Virus record (IMG/VR): IMGVR_UViG_3300017646_000170
Span: 1 to 42,096 of that record
Length of the DNA stretch: 42,096 bases
Source: a virus
Taxonomy: Duplodnaviria; Caudoviricetes
Strand: one strand, 5' to 3'
Positions 26,575 through 35,089 of the stretch are shown piece after piece. Within the stretch, counting starts at the first letter, position 1, and every line of letters starts with the position of its first letter. A program made the position numbers and the translations under genes. The notes under the pieces are model-generated. The model did not search any database. It was given only the letters and a program-made list of their open reading frames with translations, and had not been told where the DNA came from.

Positions 26575-27516
26575 ATGGCACGAGCCCAGGGGGCGCGGGC
26601 GCTGATGGCGCTTGCGTTCGAGACGACCTATGGAACGCCGCCCGCGAGCGGCTTCACCCGCATGCCCTTCGCCAGCACCTCGCTCGGCGCGGAGCAGCCG
26701 CTGCTGAACTCGGAGCTTCTCGGCTACGGCCGCGATCCACTGGCGCCGATCAAGGACGCGGTGACGGCCGATGGCGATGTCGTGGTGCCGCTCGACGCCG
26801 AGGCCTTCGGCTTCTGGCTGAAGGCGGCCTTCGGAACACCGACGACCACCGGTGTGGAGGCCCCGTACAGCCACGAGTTCCAGTCGGGCTCCTGGACGCT
26901 GCCCAGCATGTCGATCGAGACCGGCATGCCCGAGGTGCCGCGCTATGCGATGTATTCCGGCTGCGTGCTCGACCAGGTCACCTGGCAGATGCAGAGATCT
27001 GGCCTGCTCACCGCCACGGCGCGGCTGGTGGCGCAGGGCGAGACGGTCGGCACAACCACCAGCGCCGGAACACCGGCGGCGCTGGAGCTGAAGCGCTTCG
27101 GCCATTTCAACGGGGAGATCACGCGCAACGGCACTGCGCTTGGCAACGTGGTCTCGGCCGAGATCACCTATGCCAACAATCTCGACCGGATCGAGACAAT
27201 CCGCTCGGACGGCCGCATCGACGGGGCGGACCCGTCCATCGCGGCGTTGACCGGTCGGATCGAGGTGCGGTGCGCCGACCAGACGCTGGTGACGCAGGCC
27301 ATCAACGGCGAGGCCTGCGAGATGGAATTCGCCTACGTCCTGCCGTCCGGCGAGAGCTTCACCTTCACCGTGCACGCCGTCTACCTGCCGCGCCCCCGGA
27401 TCGAGATTTCGGGACCGCAGGGCGTGCAGGCGACCTTCGACTGGCAGGCGGCGCGCGACAGCGTGGTTGGCCGGATGTGCACCGCCACCCTCGTGAACGA
27501 TGTGGAGACGTATTGA
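26575..27516 (+). CDS. Tail tube (major tail) protein
   Basis: 313 aa, GAGGAG RBS, FETTYGTPP; precedes chaperone and tape measure genes. Confidence 0.85.
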   Translation: MARAQGARALMALAFETTYGTPPASGFTRMPFASTSLGAEQPLLNSELLGYGRDPLAPIKDAVTADGDVVVPLDAEAFGFWLKAAFGTPTTTGVEAPYSHEFQSGSWTLPSMSIETGMPEVPRYAMYSGCVLDQVTWQMQRSGLLTATARLVAQGETVGTTTSAGTPAALELKRFGHFNGEITRNGTALGNVVSAEITYANNLDRIETIRSDGRIDGADPSIAALTGRIEVRCADQTLVTQAINGEACEMEFAYVLPSGESFTFTVHAVYLPRPRIEISGPQGVQATFDWQAARDSVVGRMCTATLVNDVETY

Positions 27517-27953
27517 TGCTGACGCTCGACCTCACCAACGCGCCGCGCTGGCATGAGCTTGCCCCCGGCGTCCGGGTGCAGCTGCGACCGCTGATCACCG
27601 CGCTGATGGCGGCGACCCGCAGCGATCCGGCCGTCGAGGCAGTGCCCGAGGAGGCCTCGGACGAGGAACGCGCTGTCGCCTTCGCCAAGGCGCTGGCGCG
27701 GCGGGCGGTGCTCGCCTGGGATGGCATCGGCGACGCGGACGGCAACCCCATCGACCCGAGCCCGGCGGCCATCGACGCGCTGCTCGACGTCTGGCCGATC
27801 TTCGAGGCCTTCCAGCTGACCTATGTCTCGAAGGGTCTACTGCTGGAACAGGAAAAAAACGCCTCCGCGCTCTCGCCGAGTGGTCCTTCGGCGGGGGCGA
27901 CCGCTACTGCGAAGCCTGCGCGCAAGCCTGCCCGGACTGCCCGGCGCGGCTGA
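27516..27953 (+). CDS. Tail assembly chaperone (gpG analogue)
   Basis: Between tail tube and tape measure; W.GIGDADG motif; EKN at the slippery site. Confidence 0.82.
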   Translation: MLTLDLTNAPRWHELAPGVRVQLRPLITALMAATRSDPAVEAVPEEASDEERAVAFAKALARRAVLAWDGIGDADGNPIDPSPAAIDALLDVWPIFEAFQLTYVSKGLLLEQEKNASALSPSGPSAGATATAKPARKPARTARRG

Positions 27954-28195
27954 ACCGTCCGGAAACCCCAGAGGGTTGGCAGGTCTGGAACCTCGTCGGC
28001 CGCCTCGGCGGACAGCTGCGCGTCCTGCCCGGCGCGGTGATCGGCTGGGACATGTCGGCGGCACTAGCGCTCGGTGACGCGCTCGGCGTGCCGCCGCTCG
28101 CCATGGGCGAACTGCTGCCCGTCATCGAAGCGGTGATGGTGCGGAAGCTGAACGAGGAGCTGAGTGCGAATGGCAGCCCGGGTGTCAGCCGTTGA
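27854..28195 (+). CDS. -1 frameshift extension of the tail chaperone (gpGT analogue)
   Basis: Slippery A-AAA-AAC at 27854-27860; -1 frame open for 111 codons (RLRALAEWSFGGGDRYCEAC...PGVSR) to TGA 28193-28195. Confidence 0.8.
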   Translation, partial: KKRLRALAEWSFGGGDRYCEACAQACPDCPARLNRPETPEGWQVWNLVGRLGGQLRVLPGAVIGWDMSAALALGDALGVPPLAMGELLPVIEAVMVRKLNEELSANGSPGVSR

Positions 28196-28565
28196 TCTTC
28201 TCGATCAGCGAGACGCCGGGCAGCCCCTCGAAATGCGCGTCGCAGCTCAGAAGCGTCGCGCCTTGGGCCTGTGCAGTTGCGAAGATGATCGCGTCGGCGT
28301 TGGCGAGCTTGTGATCGCGGCAGGCTTCCGCGGCCGCCAGCGCGATCTCGGTATCGAGCGGAACGACATGGCAGACCTGCGTGAAGGCGATGACCTGATC
28401 GGCCTTGTCCTCGCCGACCTCGCGGGTCAGCCATTTCGCCAGCTCGAGCTGGACCATGGTCGGGACAAGCCACTCGGTCTGTTCGGGCAGCTGCCCGGAC
28501 AGTTTTTCGCCGGTCGGCGAGCCGATGAGCCACTCAATCCACGCCGACGTGTCGACGAGGATCAT
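28185..28565 (-). CDS. vapC: PIN-domain toxin
   Basis: ILVDTSAWIE, VQLEL, ADAII.ATA, LLSCDAHF acidic PIN residues. Confidence 0.92.
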   Translation of the reverse strand: MILVDTSAWIEWLIGSPTGEKLSGQLPEQTEWLVPTMVQLELAKWLTREVGEDKADQVIAFTQVCHVVPLDTEIALAAAEACRDHKLANADAIIFATAQAQGATLLSCDAHFEGLPGVSLIEKING

Positions 28566-28777
28566 CAGAACCGATCCGTCCGGTCGCGATAATCGGTGGC
28601 GGACGCGCCGCGCGCGAGCCCCTTCAGCGCCTCGCGCTTGGGCACCGGCACAAGCAGGACGCCCGTGCCTTTCGGGATGAAGGCAAAGGTCAGCCCGGCC
28701 TCCCAGTGCTGGGCGGCCCGGATCGCCTTGGGAATCGAGATCTGGAACTTCGAGGACAGGGTCGCGGTCTCGGCCAT
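28565..28777 (-). CDS. vapB: AbrB/MazE/SpoVT-family antitoxin
   Basis: 70 aa LSSKFQISIPKAIR...G; stop overlaps the toxin start. Confidence 0.88.
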   Translation of the reverse strand: MAETATLSSKFQISIPKAIRAAQHWEAGLTFAFIPKGTGVLLVPVPKREALKGLARGASATDYRDRTDRF

Positions 28778-28847
28778 GGTCATACCTTCACTTGATCGAT
28801 GGCATGAACGTAAGACGCCCATGCGGCGAAAGCAAGGACTCTGACCG

Positions 28848-31265
28848 ATGGCTGAAAAGCGAGTGTCCGTCCGCCTCGCGGCCGTGGGCGGACGGCAGGT
28901 GCGTGCCGAGCTGGAAGGCGTCGGCGAAGCCGGGTCGCGCGGCTTCGGCCGTCTCAGCCGGGAGATGGAAGCCGCCAACGCCCGGCTCGCCGCCTTCTCG
29001 CGGCGGGTGCGGGTGGCGGCCGCCGCTGCCGTGGCCGCCGCTGCCGCCGCTGGCGTGGCGATGATCCGCTCCGGGCTGCAGACGGTGGATGCGCAGGCCA
29101 AGCTCGCGCAGTCGCTCGGCACCACCGTCGCCTCGATCCAGACGCTGGAGCGAGCGGGCGAGCTGGCGGGCGTGTCGATGTCCGGCATTGAACAGGCGAC
29201 CAAGGATCTGACGCGTCGGCTCAGCCAGGCGGCCGCCGGAACCGGACCCGCCGCCGACGCACTCGACCGGCTGGGGCTTTCGGCCAACGAGCTGATCGCA
29301 TTGCCGCTGGACCAGCGCGTGGGGGCCATCAACGCGGCCATCGAGAGCTTCGTGCCCGCCGCAGAACGCGCCGCCGTGGCGGGGCAGCTCTTCGGCGAGG
29401 AAGGCTCCATCGCCATGTCGCGGATCGAAACCGCCACGCTGCGCCAGGCGACCGAGGATGTGCGTGCCTTCGGGGTCGTGGTCTCCGAACAGGATGCGGA
29501 CCAGATCGAGCGGACGAACGATGCGATCTCCCGGCTCGGTCTGATCTGGCGCGGGCTGTCGAACCAACTGGCGGTCGCTGCAGCCCCCGCGCTGGAAGCC
29601 GTCGCCGACGCCATGGCGGCGGTCGCCAGCCGCACCGGCCCGCTGGGCATCGCGATCCGCGGCCTCTTCGACAACATCGGCCGCCTCACCACCTACGCCG
29701 CGACCTTCGCGGCCTTCCTCGCGGGCCGCTGGGTGGCGGGGATGGCCGCTGCCGCGCTCTCGGTCCGTGGCCTCGCCACGGCGCTGGTCGTCCTGCGCGG
29801 CGCGCTGATCCGTACCGGCATCGGGGCGCTGATCGTCGGCGCGGGCGAGCTCGTCTACCAGTTCACGCGTCTCGTCTCGGGTGCGGGAGGGTTCGGCGAG
29901 GCCATGTCGCTCCTGAAGGATGTCGCCGTCGAGGTCGGGGAGCGGCTCCGCATGGGCGCCGCTGCCGCGGGTGCGGCCGCCACGGCGATGTTCTTCGACT
30001 TGAAGGCGGATGCCGCGTCGGCCATGCAGAGCGCCATCGAGAGCGTCGTGGCATTCGGCAACACCGCCGCGAACACCTTCGAGGGGGCCTACGAGGCGAT
30101 CAAGGCGATCTGGGGCCTGCTGCCGGCCGCCATCGGCGATCTGGCGTTCCAGGCGGCTAACAGCCTGGTCGATGGCGTCGAGGCGATGCTGAACGGCGTG
30201 GTCTCGCGCATCAACGGCTTCATCGGCGGCATCAACCAGGGGCTGGAAGCGCTCGGCTCCGAGCGGCGCATCTCGCTGGTGCCCGACCTCGACCTCGGCG
30301 AGATCGAGAACCGCTTCGAAGGGGCGGCGACCGCCGCGACGACGGCCGCGCAGGCGGCGTTCGACCGGGCCTTCGAGGACAACCCTTTGTCCGCGCCCGA
30401 CCTCGGTCTGACCGAGGCGGCGAACAGGGCGCTCGAGTCCGCGAACCTCTATCGCGGCGCGGCGCGCGACCTCGCCGAAGGGGCCCGCGCGCCGCTGGAA
30501 AGCTGGCAGGCGCTGCGGGATGCGGTGCGCGGCACCGACGAGGCCAGTGCCGATGCGCTGACCGAGGCCACCGGCGCGGCCGAGCGGTTGGAGACGGCGC
30601 TCGGCGATGCCGGACGCGCTGCGACGGGGGCTGGTGCGGCGGCCGGGGCTGCTGCTGCGGCAGCGGAGCCCGACACCGAGGCTGCCGTCACCGGCTGGCA
30701 GGCCGTCACGGCAGCGCTGTCGGACTACGCCAGCAAGGCCCGCGAGATTGGCGGCGACATAGGCCAGAGCCTGGTCGGCGCCTTCCAGTCGGCCGAAAAT
30801 GCCGTCGGCGAGTTCGTGAAGACCGGCAAGCTGAACTTCCGCGACCTGGTCACCTCGCTGCTCGCCGATCTCGCCCAGCTCGCGGCGCGGCGCTTCATCC
30901 TCGGGCCGATCGCCAATGCGCTCTCCGGCGTGTTCTCCGGGGCGGGCGGGATTTTCGCCAACGTCCTGCATGCGGGCGGGATGGTGGGGTCCGCGGGGCC
31001 CTCACGCATGGTCCCGGCCATTGCCTTCGCCGCCGCCCCGCGAATGCATTCAGGCGGCATGGCGGGGCTACGCCACGACGAAGTGCCCGCGATCCTGCAG
31101 CGCGGCGAACGGGTGCTGTCGCGGCGGGAGGCGCAGACCTACGGCGGAGGCGGCGGGGTCAACGTCACCATCATGGCCCGCGACGCCGAGAGCTTCCGGC
31201 AGTCCCGCACGCAGGTGGCCGCCGACATCGCCCGCGCCGTGTCGCTCGGGCGGAGGGGCATGTGA
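28848..31265 (+). CDS. Tail tape measure protein
   Basis: 805 aa, Ala-rich helical; FVKTGKLNF and H.GG...DEVPAILQRGERVL C-terminus. Confidence 0.92.
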   Translation: MAEKRVSVRLAAVGGRQVRAELEGVGEAGSRGFGRLSREMEAANARLAAFSRRVRVAAAAAVAAAAAAGVAMIRSGLQTVDAQAKLAQSLGTTVASIQTLERAGELAGVSMSGIEQATKDLTRRLSQAAAGTGPAADALDRLGLSANELIALPLDQRVGAINAAIESFVPAAERAAVAGQLFGEEGSIAMSRIETATLRQATEDVRAFGVVVSEQDADQIERTNDAISRLGLIWRGLSNQLAVAAAPALEAVADAMAAVASRTGPLGIAIRGLFDNIGRLTTYAATFAAFLAGRWVAGMAAAALSVRGLATALVVLRGALIRTGIGALIVGAGELVYQFTRLVSGAGGFGEAMSLLKDVAVEVGERLRMGAAAAGAAATAMFFDLKADAASAMQSAIESVVAFGNTAANTFEGAYEAIKAIWGLLPAAIGDLAFQAANSLVDGVEAMLNGVVSRINGFIGGINQGLEALGSERRISLVPDLDLGEIENRFEGAATAATTAAQAAFDRAFEDNPLSAPDLGLTEAANRALESANLYRGAARDLAEGARAPLESWQALRDAVRGTDEASADALTEATGAAERLETALGDAGRAATGAGAAAGAAAAAAEPDTEAAVTGWQAVTAALSDYASKAREIGGDIGQSLVGAFQSAENAVGEFVKTGKLNFRDLVTSLLADLAQLAARRFILGPIANALSGVFSGAGGIFANVLHAGGMVGSAGPSRMVPAIAFAAAPRMHSGGMAGLRHDEVPAILQRGERVLSRREAQTYGGGGGVNVTIMARDAESFRQSRTQVAADIARAVSLGRRGM

Positions 31266-31310
31266 GTGCGACCCCGCAAGTGGGAACCGGTTGCGGGGGC
31301 CAGAGCACGA
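31266..31310. repeat. Short palindromic element resembling alphaproteobacterial RIME/BRU-RS-like repeats
   Basis: CCCCGCAA-GTGGGAACCGG-TTGCGGGG; AAGTGGGAACCGGTT core recalled from such repeats. Confidence 0.5.
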
Positions 31311-31326
31311 ACCATGGAGAGACTTG

Positions 31327-31953
31327 ATGGCGTTCCACGAGGTCCGGTTTCCTGACAACATCAGCCGCGGCGCGCGCGGCGGGCCGGAACGGCGCACCCA
31401 GATCGTCGAGCTCGCCTCCGGCGACGAGGAGAGGAACGCCAGCTGGGCCAATTCGCGCCGCCGCTACGACGTCGCCTATGGCATCCGCCGCGCTGACGAT
31501 CTGGCGGCGGTCGTGGCCTTCTTCGAGGCGCGCAACGGGCGGCTCCACGGGTTCCGGTTCAAGGACTGGGGCGATCACAAGTCCTGCCTGCCGTCCCAGA
31601 CGCCAGCGCCGACCGACCAGGCGATCGGCACCGGCGACGGCACGAAGACCGCCTTCCAGCTGGTGAAGCGCTATGCCTCGGGCGCGCAGAGCTGGACCCG
31701 CGCCATCGCCAAGCCCGTTGCAGGCAGCGTGCGCGTCGCGCTCGGCGGGGTCGAGCAGCCCTCCGGCTGGTCGGTCGATACCGCCACCGGCGTTGTGACC
31801 TTCGGCACCGCGCCGGGCGCTGGCGTCGCCATCACTGCGGGCTTCGAGTTCGACGTGCCGGTCCGCTTCGACACCGATGCGCTCGACGTGACGCTCGACC
31901 TCGAGCGGCTCGGCTCGATCACCTCCATCCCGCTTCTGGAGATCCGGCGATGA
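31327..31953 (+). CDS. Distal tail protein, DUF2460/TIGR02217 (RcGTA g12-like)
   Basis: MAFHEVRFP, FFEARNG.L.GFRFKDW.D, FEFDVPVRFDTD. Confidence 0.92.
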   Translation: MAFHEVRFPDNISRGARGGPERRTQIVELASGDEERNASWANSRRRYDVAYGIRRADDLAAVVAFFEARNGRLHGFRFKDWGDHKSCLPSQTPAPTDQAIGTGDGTKTAFQLVKRYASGAQSWTRAIAKPVAGSVRVALGGVEQPSGWSVDTATGVVTFGTAPGAGVAITAGFEFDVPVRFDTDALDVTLDLERLGSITSIPLLEIRR

Positions 31954-32300
31954 ACGACACCGGCAGCTTCGTTTCGGCCGTGCTGCGCGAACTTGCGGCC
32001 TCGACCGCCGTGATCCTCGCCGCCTGGGGCGCACTCGGCGGCGCCACGAACGCACTGACCACGAAGATGCGGCTGCGCGATGCGCTGCGGCACATCCTGC
32101 TCGGCGGACTGATCGCGGCCGGGATGGGCAGCCTCTCCATGGCCGTGATCACGAGCTGGATGGGTCTGCCGCCAGAAGCGATCCCTGCGGGCGGGGCGGC
32201 AGGCTCGGCCGCCTATCTCGTCGGCGTCTTCGGTCCGGCCTTCATTGAAATGCTGCTGGCCCGCCTCCGCCGCGCCAAGCAGGGCGACGGCGATGAATGA
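31950..32300 (+). CDS. Membrane protein, putative holin (lysis cassette 1)
   Basis: 116 aa, three hydrophobic segments, basic tail, upstream of the lysozyme. Confidence 0.6.
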   Translation: MNDTGSFVSAVLRELAASTAVILAAWGALGGATNALTTKMRLRDALRHILLGGLIAAGMGSLSMAVITSWMGLPPEAIPAGGAAGSAAYLVGVFGPAFIEMLLARLRRAKQGDGDE

Positions 32301-32424
32301 GCTTCTCCGCCTCGCGCGCTCCCTGCGCTGCGACCCTGCCGACCCTCGGCAGGCCTTCGCCCATCGCCTGCGCATCGGTCTCGCAGTCGCGGCGCTGATC
32401 CTGGTTCTCTCGCTTCTCCGGTAA
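32293..32424 (+). CDS. Small membrane peptide (43 aa)
   Basis: MNELLRLARSLRCDPADPRQAFAHRLRIGLAVAALILVLSLLR; fills the gap between neighbours. Confidence 0.55.
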   Translation: MNELLRLARSLRCDPADPRQAFAHRLRIGLAVAALILVLSLLR

Positions 32425-32428
32425 TCCC

Positions 32429-33085
32429 ATGCACATGACTGACCGGGGCCTGCTGGCCCTCGTCCGGCACGAAGGCATCGTGCCCGGACCCTATCTCGAT
32501 GTGAAACAGGTCTGGACCTTCGGCATCGGCCACACGGCCGCGGCCGGTCCTCCCGATCCGGCCACCATGGCCCGCGGCATGCCCGCCGATCTGGACGCCG
32601 GAATCCGAGATGCGTTCCGGGTCTTCCGCGCCGATCTTGCGCGCTACGAGGCCGACGTCCTGCGCGCCGTGAAGGTGCCGCTGGAGCCGCACGAGTTCGA
32701 TGCCCTGATCAGCTTTCACTACAACACCGGGGGCATCGCGAAGGCCGCGCTGACCCGCCACCTCAATGCCGGCAATCGCGTTGCAGCCGCCAACGCGTTT
32801 CTGAACTGGCGGCGACCGGCCTCGATCATTCCGCGCCGGGAGGCCGAGCGCGACCTGTTCCGGCATGGCCGCTATCCCGGCGGAACCATCCCGGTCTGGT
32901 CCGTGGACAGCAATGGCCGCGTGGACTTCTGGCGGCCGATCCGCCGACTGACCGAGGATGAGGCGCTGGCCTTGGCTCGCGGGCCGACGCCGACGCCGCC
33001 GGTCCTCGATCCTGCGCCCGACGCGCCGACCGGCTGGCTCGTTCGGCTGGCCGCCTTCTTCTCCACCCTTATCCGGAGGGCCTGA
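32429..33085 (+). CDS. GH24 (T4-like) lysozyme endolysin
   Basis: HEG.....YLDVKQVWTFGIGH (E-D-T triad), FDALISF.YNTG, RR.AER.LF. Confidence 0.92.
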   Translation: MHMTDRGLLALVRHEGIVPGPYLDVKQVWTFGIGHTAAAGPPDPATMARGMPADLDAGIRDAFRVFRADLARYEADVLRAVKVPLEPHEFDALISFHYNTGGIAKAALTRHLNAGNRVAAANAFLNWRRPASIIPRREAERDLFRHGRYPGGTIPVWSVDSNGRVDFWRPIRRLTEDEALALARGPTPTPPVLDPAPDAPTGWLVRLAAFFSTLIRRA

Positions 33086-33090
33086 TCGCC

Positions 33091-33321
33091 ATGCGTTACG
33101 TTCGCCTCAACTCGCTCACGTGGTGGGCGGGACTTCTCGCCATGCTCACCGGCATCGCCTCCCTCGCGCTGCCCGCCACCGGCCCGTTCGCCGAACTGTC
33201 ACGCCTCGTCGCGCTTCTTGCCGGCAGCGACGACGCCTCTCCCGCTGGCCTCATGTTCCTCGGGCTCGGCCTGATCGGCCTGCGCGACCGGATCGAGCGC
33301 GGGTTCCGCGGCGATGCTTGA
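33091..33321 (+). CDS. Small two-TM protein (holin/antiholin-like)
   Basis: 76 aa, two hydrophobic segments, GLIGLR. Confidence 0.65.
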   Translation: MRYVRLNSLTWWAGLLAMLTGIASLALPATGPFAELSRLVALLAGSDDASPAGLMFLGLGLIGLRDRIERGFRGDA

Positions 33322-33415
33322 GTTCCTCGCAGGTCTGGTCGTGGGCGGCTTCCTCGGCGTCTTCGTCGTCGCCCTCTGTGTCGCCGGCGCGCGCGGGGAG
33401 CGGGACGATGGCTGA
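33314..33415 (+). CDS. Small membrane peptide (33 aa)
   Basis: MLEFLAGLVVGGFLGVFVVALCVAGARGERDDG; overlaps both neighbours by 8 nt. Confidence 0.55.
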   Translation: MLEFLAGLVVGGFLGVFVVALCVAGARGERDDG

Positions 33416-33638
33416 TCTCCTGATCTGGCTGGTCGCGGCTCTGGGCGCGGTCGGAGGTGTCGTCCTCGGTCGGGTCTGGGGGCGCTTGGAAGGGGAGCGC
33501 ACGGGCAAACGGGAGGCCGAACACGATGCGACGGAAGACAAGAACAAGCGCGTCGAGCGCGGGCGGGATGCGGTTCGCGATGGCCGCGGCGCTGGCGATC
33601 CCGCTGACCGGCTGCGCCGCAACGATGGGCGGTGGTGA
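33408..33638 (+). CDS. i-spanin (Rz-like)
   Basis: N-terminal TM segment then charged helical region; overlapped by a lipoprotein ORF. Confidence 0.7.
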   Translation: MADLLIWLVAALGAVGGVVLGRVWGRLEGERTGKREAEHDATEDKNKRVERGRDAVRDGRGAGDPADRLRRNDGRW

Positions 33639-33768
33639 TGCAGGCTGCGCCTCCTATGCCGAGGCGCGGCTCGCCCGGCCAGCTGCCGAGACCCTCGCGG
33701 AGGTGCCACCTCCATGGGCACACTGGATTGCCGATCTCGATGACCGGATGACGGGAACCTGCCGATGA
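33568..33768 (+). CDS. o-spanin (Rz1-like lipoprotein)
   Basis: MRFAMAAALAIPLTG-C lipobox in the +1 frame overlapping the i-spanin; ends GTCR. Confidence 0.72.
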   Translation: MRFAMAAALAIPLTGCAATMGGGDAGCASYAEARLARPAAETLAEVPPPWAHWIADLDDRMTGTCR

Positions 33769-34649
33769 AATCCCTCTCGCCCGCCCTGCAGACCCATCTC
33801 GACGAGGGCACGACGACGCTCGCCTGGTGCTGGCGCATCACCCGCGCCGACGGCGTGACCTTCGGCTTCACCGATCACGACCGGACGCTCAGCTTCGACG
33901 GCACGGACTTCGAGCCCGAGAGCGGGCTCACGGCGTCTGAGGTCCGCTCGGGCTCGGACCTGTCCGTCGATGCGCAGGATGCCGAGGGCGTGCTGACCTC
34001 GGACCGGATCACCGAGACCGACATCCTCGATGGGCGCTGGGACAATGCCGAAGTCCAAGTCTGGCGGGTGAACTGGGCCGACACGAGCCAGCGCGTGCTG
34101 ATGCGGCGCGGCGCCATCGGTCAGATCCGGCGCGGGCGGCTCGCCTTCGTGGCCGAGGTGCGGTCGCTCGCGCATGTGCTCGGTCAGACGGTCGGGCGGA
34201 CCTTCCAGGCGACCTGCGATGCCGCACTCGGCGATGCGCGCTGCGGCGTTGATCTGGAGGCTCCCGCCTTCAAGGGCACCGGTACCGTGATCGATCTCCT
34301 GCGGGACCGGGCCTTCACCGCCTCGGGCATCGGCGGCTTCGCCTCCGGCTGGTTCACCTTCGGCACGCTGGAATGGACCAGCGGATCGAACGCCGGACGA
34401 CGCACCGAGGTTTTGGGCCATGACGTGACGGACGGCATCGCGGTGCTGACGCTGCTCGAAGCGCCGGTGCGAGCGATCGCTGAGGGCGACGGCTTCACCA
34501 TCCGCGCGGGCTGCGACAAGCGCATCGAGACCTGCGGGGCGAAGTTCGCCAACACCGCCCACTTCCGGGGTTTCCCGCACATCCCCGGCCAGGACGCCGT
34601 TCTCCGCTACGCCACCAAGGACGGTGGGCACGAGGGAGGCGTGCTGTGA
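33765..34649 (+). CDS. Baseplate hub protein, DUF2163/TIGR02218 (RcGTA g13-like)
   Basis: GFTDHD, C.A.LGD.RC, GCDK...TC..KF.N...FRGFPHIPG. Confidence 0.92.
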   Translation: MKSLSPALQTHLDEGTTTLAWCWRITRADGVTFGFTDHDRTLSFDGTDFEPESGLTASEVRSGSDLSVDAQDAEGVLTSDRITETDILDGRWDNAEVQVWRVNWADTSQRVLMRRGAIGQIRRGRLAFVAEVRSLAHVLGQTVGRTFQATCDAALGDARCGVDLEAPAFKGTGTVIDLLRDRAFTASGIGGFASGWFTFGTLEWTSGSNAGRRTEVLGHDVTDGIAVLTLLEAPVRAIAEGDGFTIRAGCDKRIETCGAKFANTAHFRGFPHIPGQDAVLRYATKDGGHEGGVL

Positions 34650-35080
34650 CCTCCGCCGATCCCAACCGCGTCATCGCCATCGCGCGCTCCTGGCTCGGCA
34701 CGCCCTACCACGACCAGGCGAGCCTGCGCGGCGTCGGCTGCGATTGCCTCGGGCTCGCCCGGGGCGTCTGGCGCGAGGTCGTGGGTCCAGAGCCGTTCCC
34801 GATCCCGCCATACAGCCGGGACTGGGGCGAGACCGGCCCATGCGAGGTTCTGGCCGACGGCGCGCGGCGCATGATGATCGAGGTGTCGCCCTCCGAGGCG
34901 GGTCCCGGCGCGCTGGTTCTCTTCCGCATGAAGCCGCGCGCCATCGCCAAGCATGTCGGGGTCCTGACCGGCCCCGACAGCTTCCTCCACGCCTATGAGC
35001 GGCTCGGCGTGATCGAGGAACCGCTCACCCCATCCTGGCGGCGGCGCATCGCCTTCGCCTTCCTGTTCCCGAAACGCTGA
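34646..35080 (+). CDS. NlpC/P60 peptidase (RcGTA g14-like)
   Basis: ARSWLGTPY.DQ...GVGCDCLGL, KHVG, HAY. Confidence 0.93.
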   Translation: MTSADPNRVIAIARSWLGTPYHDQASLRGVGCDCLGLARGVWREVVGPEPFPIPPYSRDWGETGPCEVLADGARRMMIEVSPSEAGPGALVLFRMKPRAIAKHVGVLTGPDSFLHAYERLGVIEEPLTPSWRRRIAFAFLFPKR

Positions 35081-35089
35081 GACTCCGAC

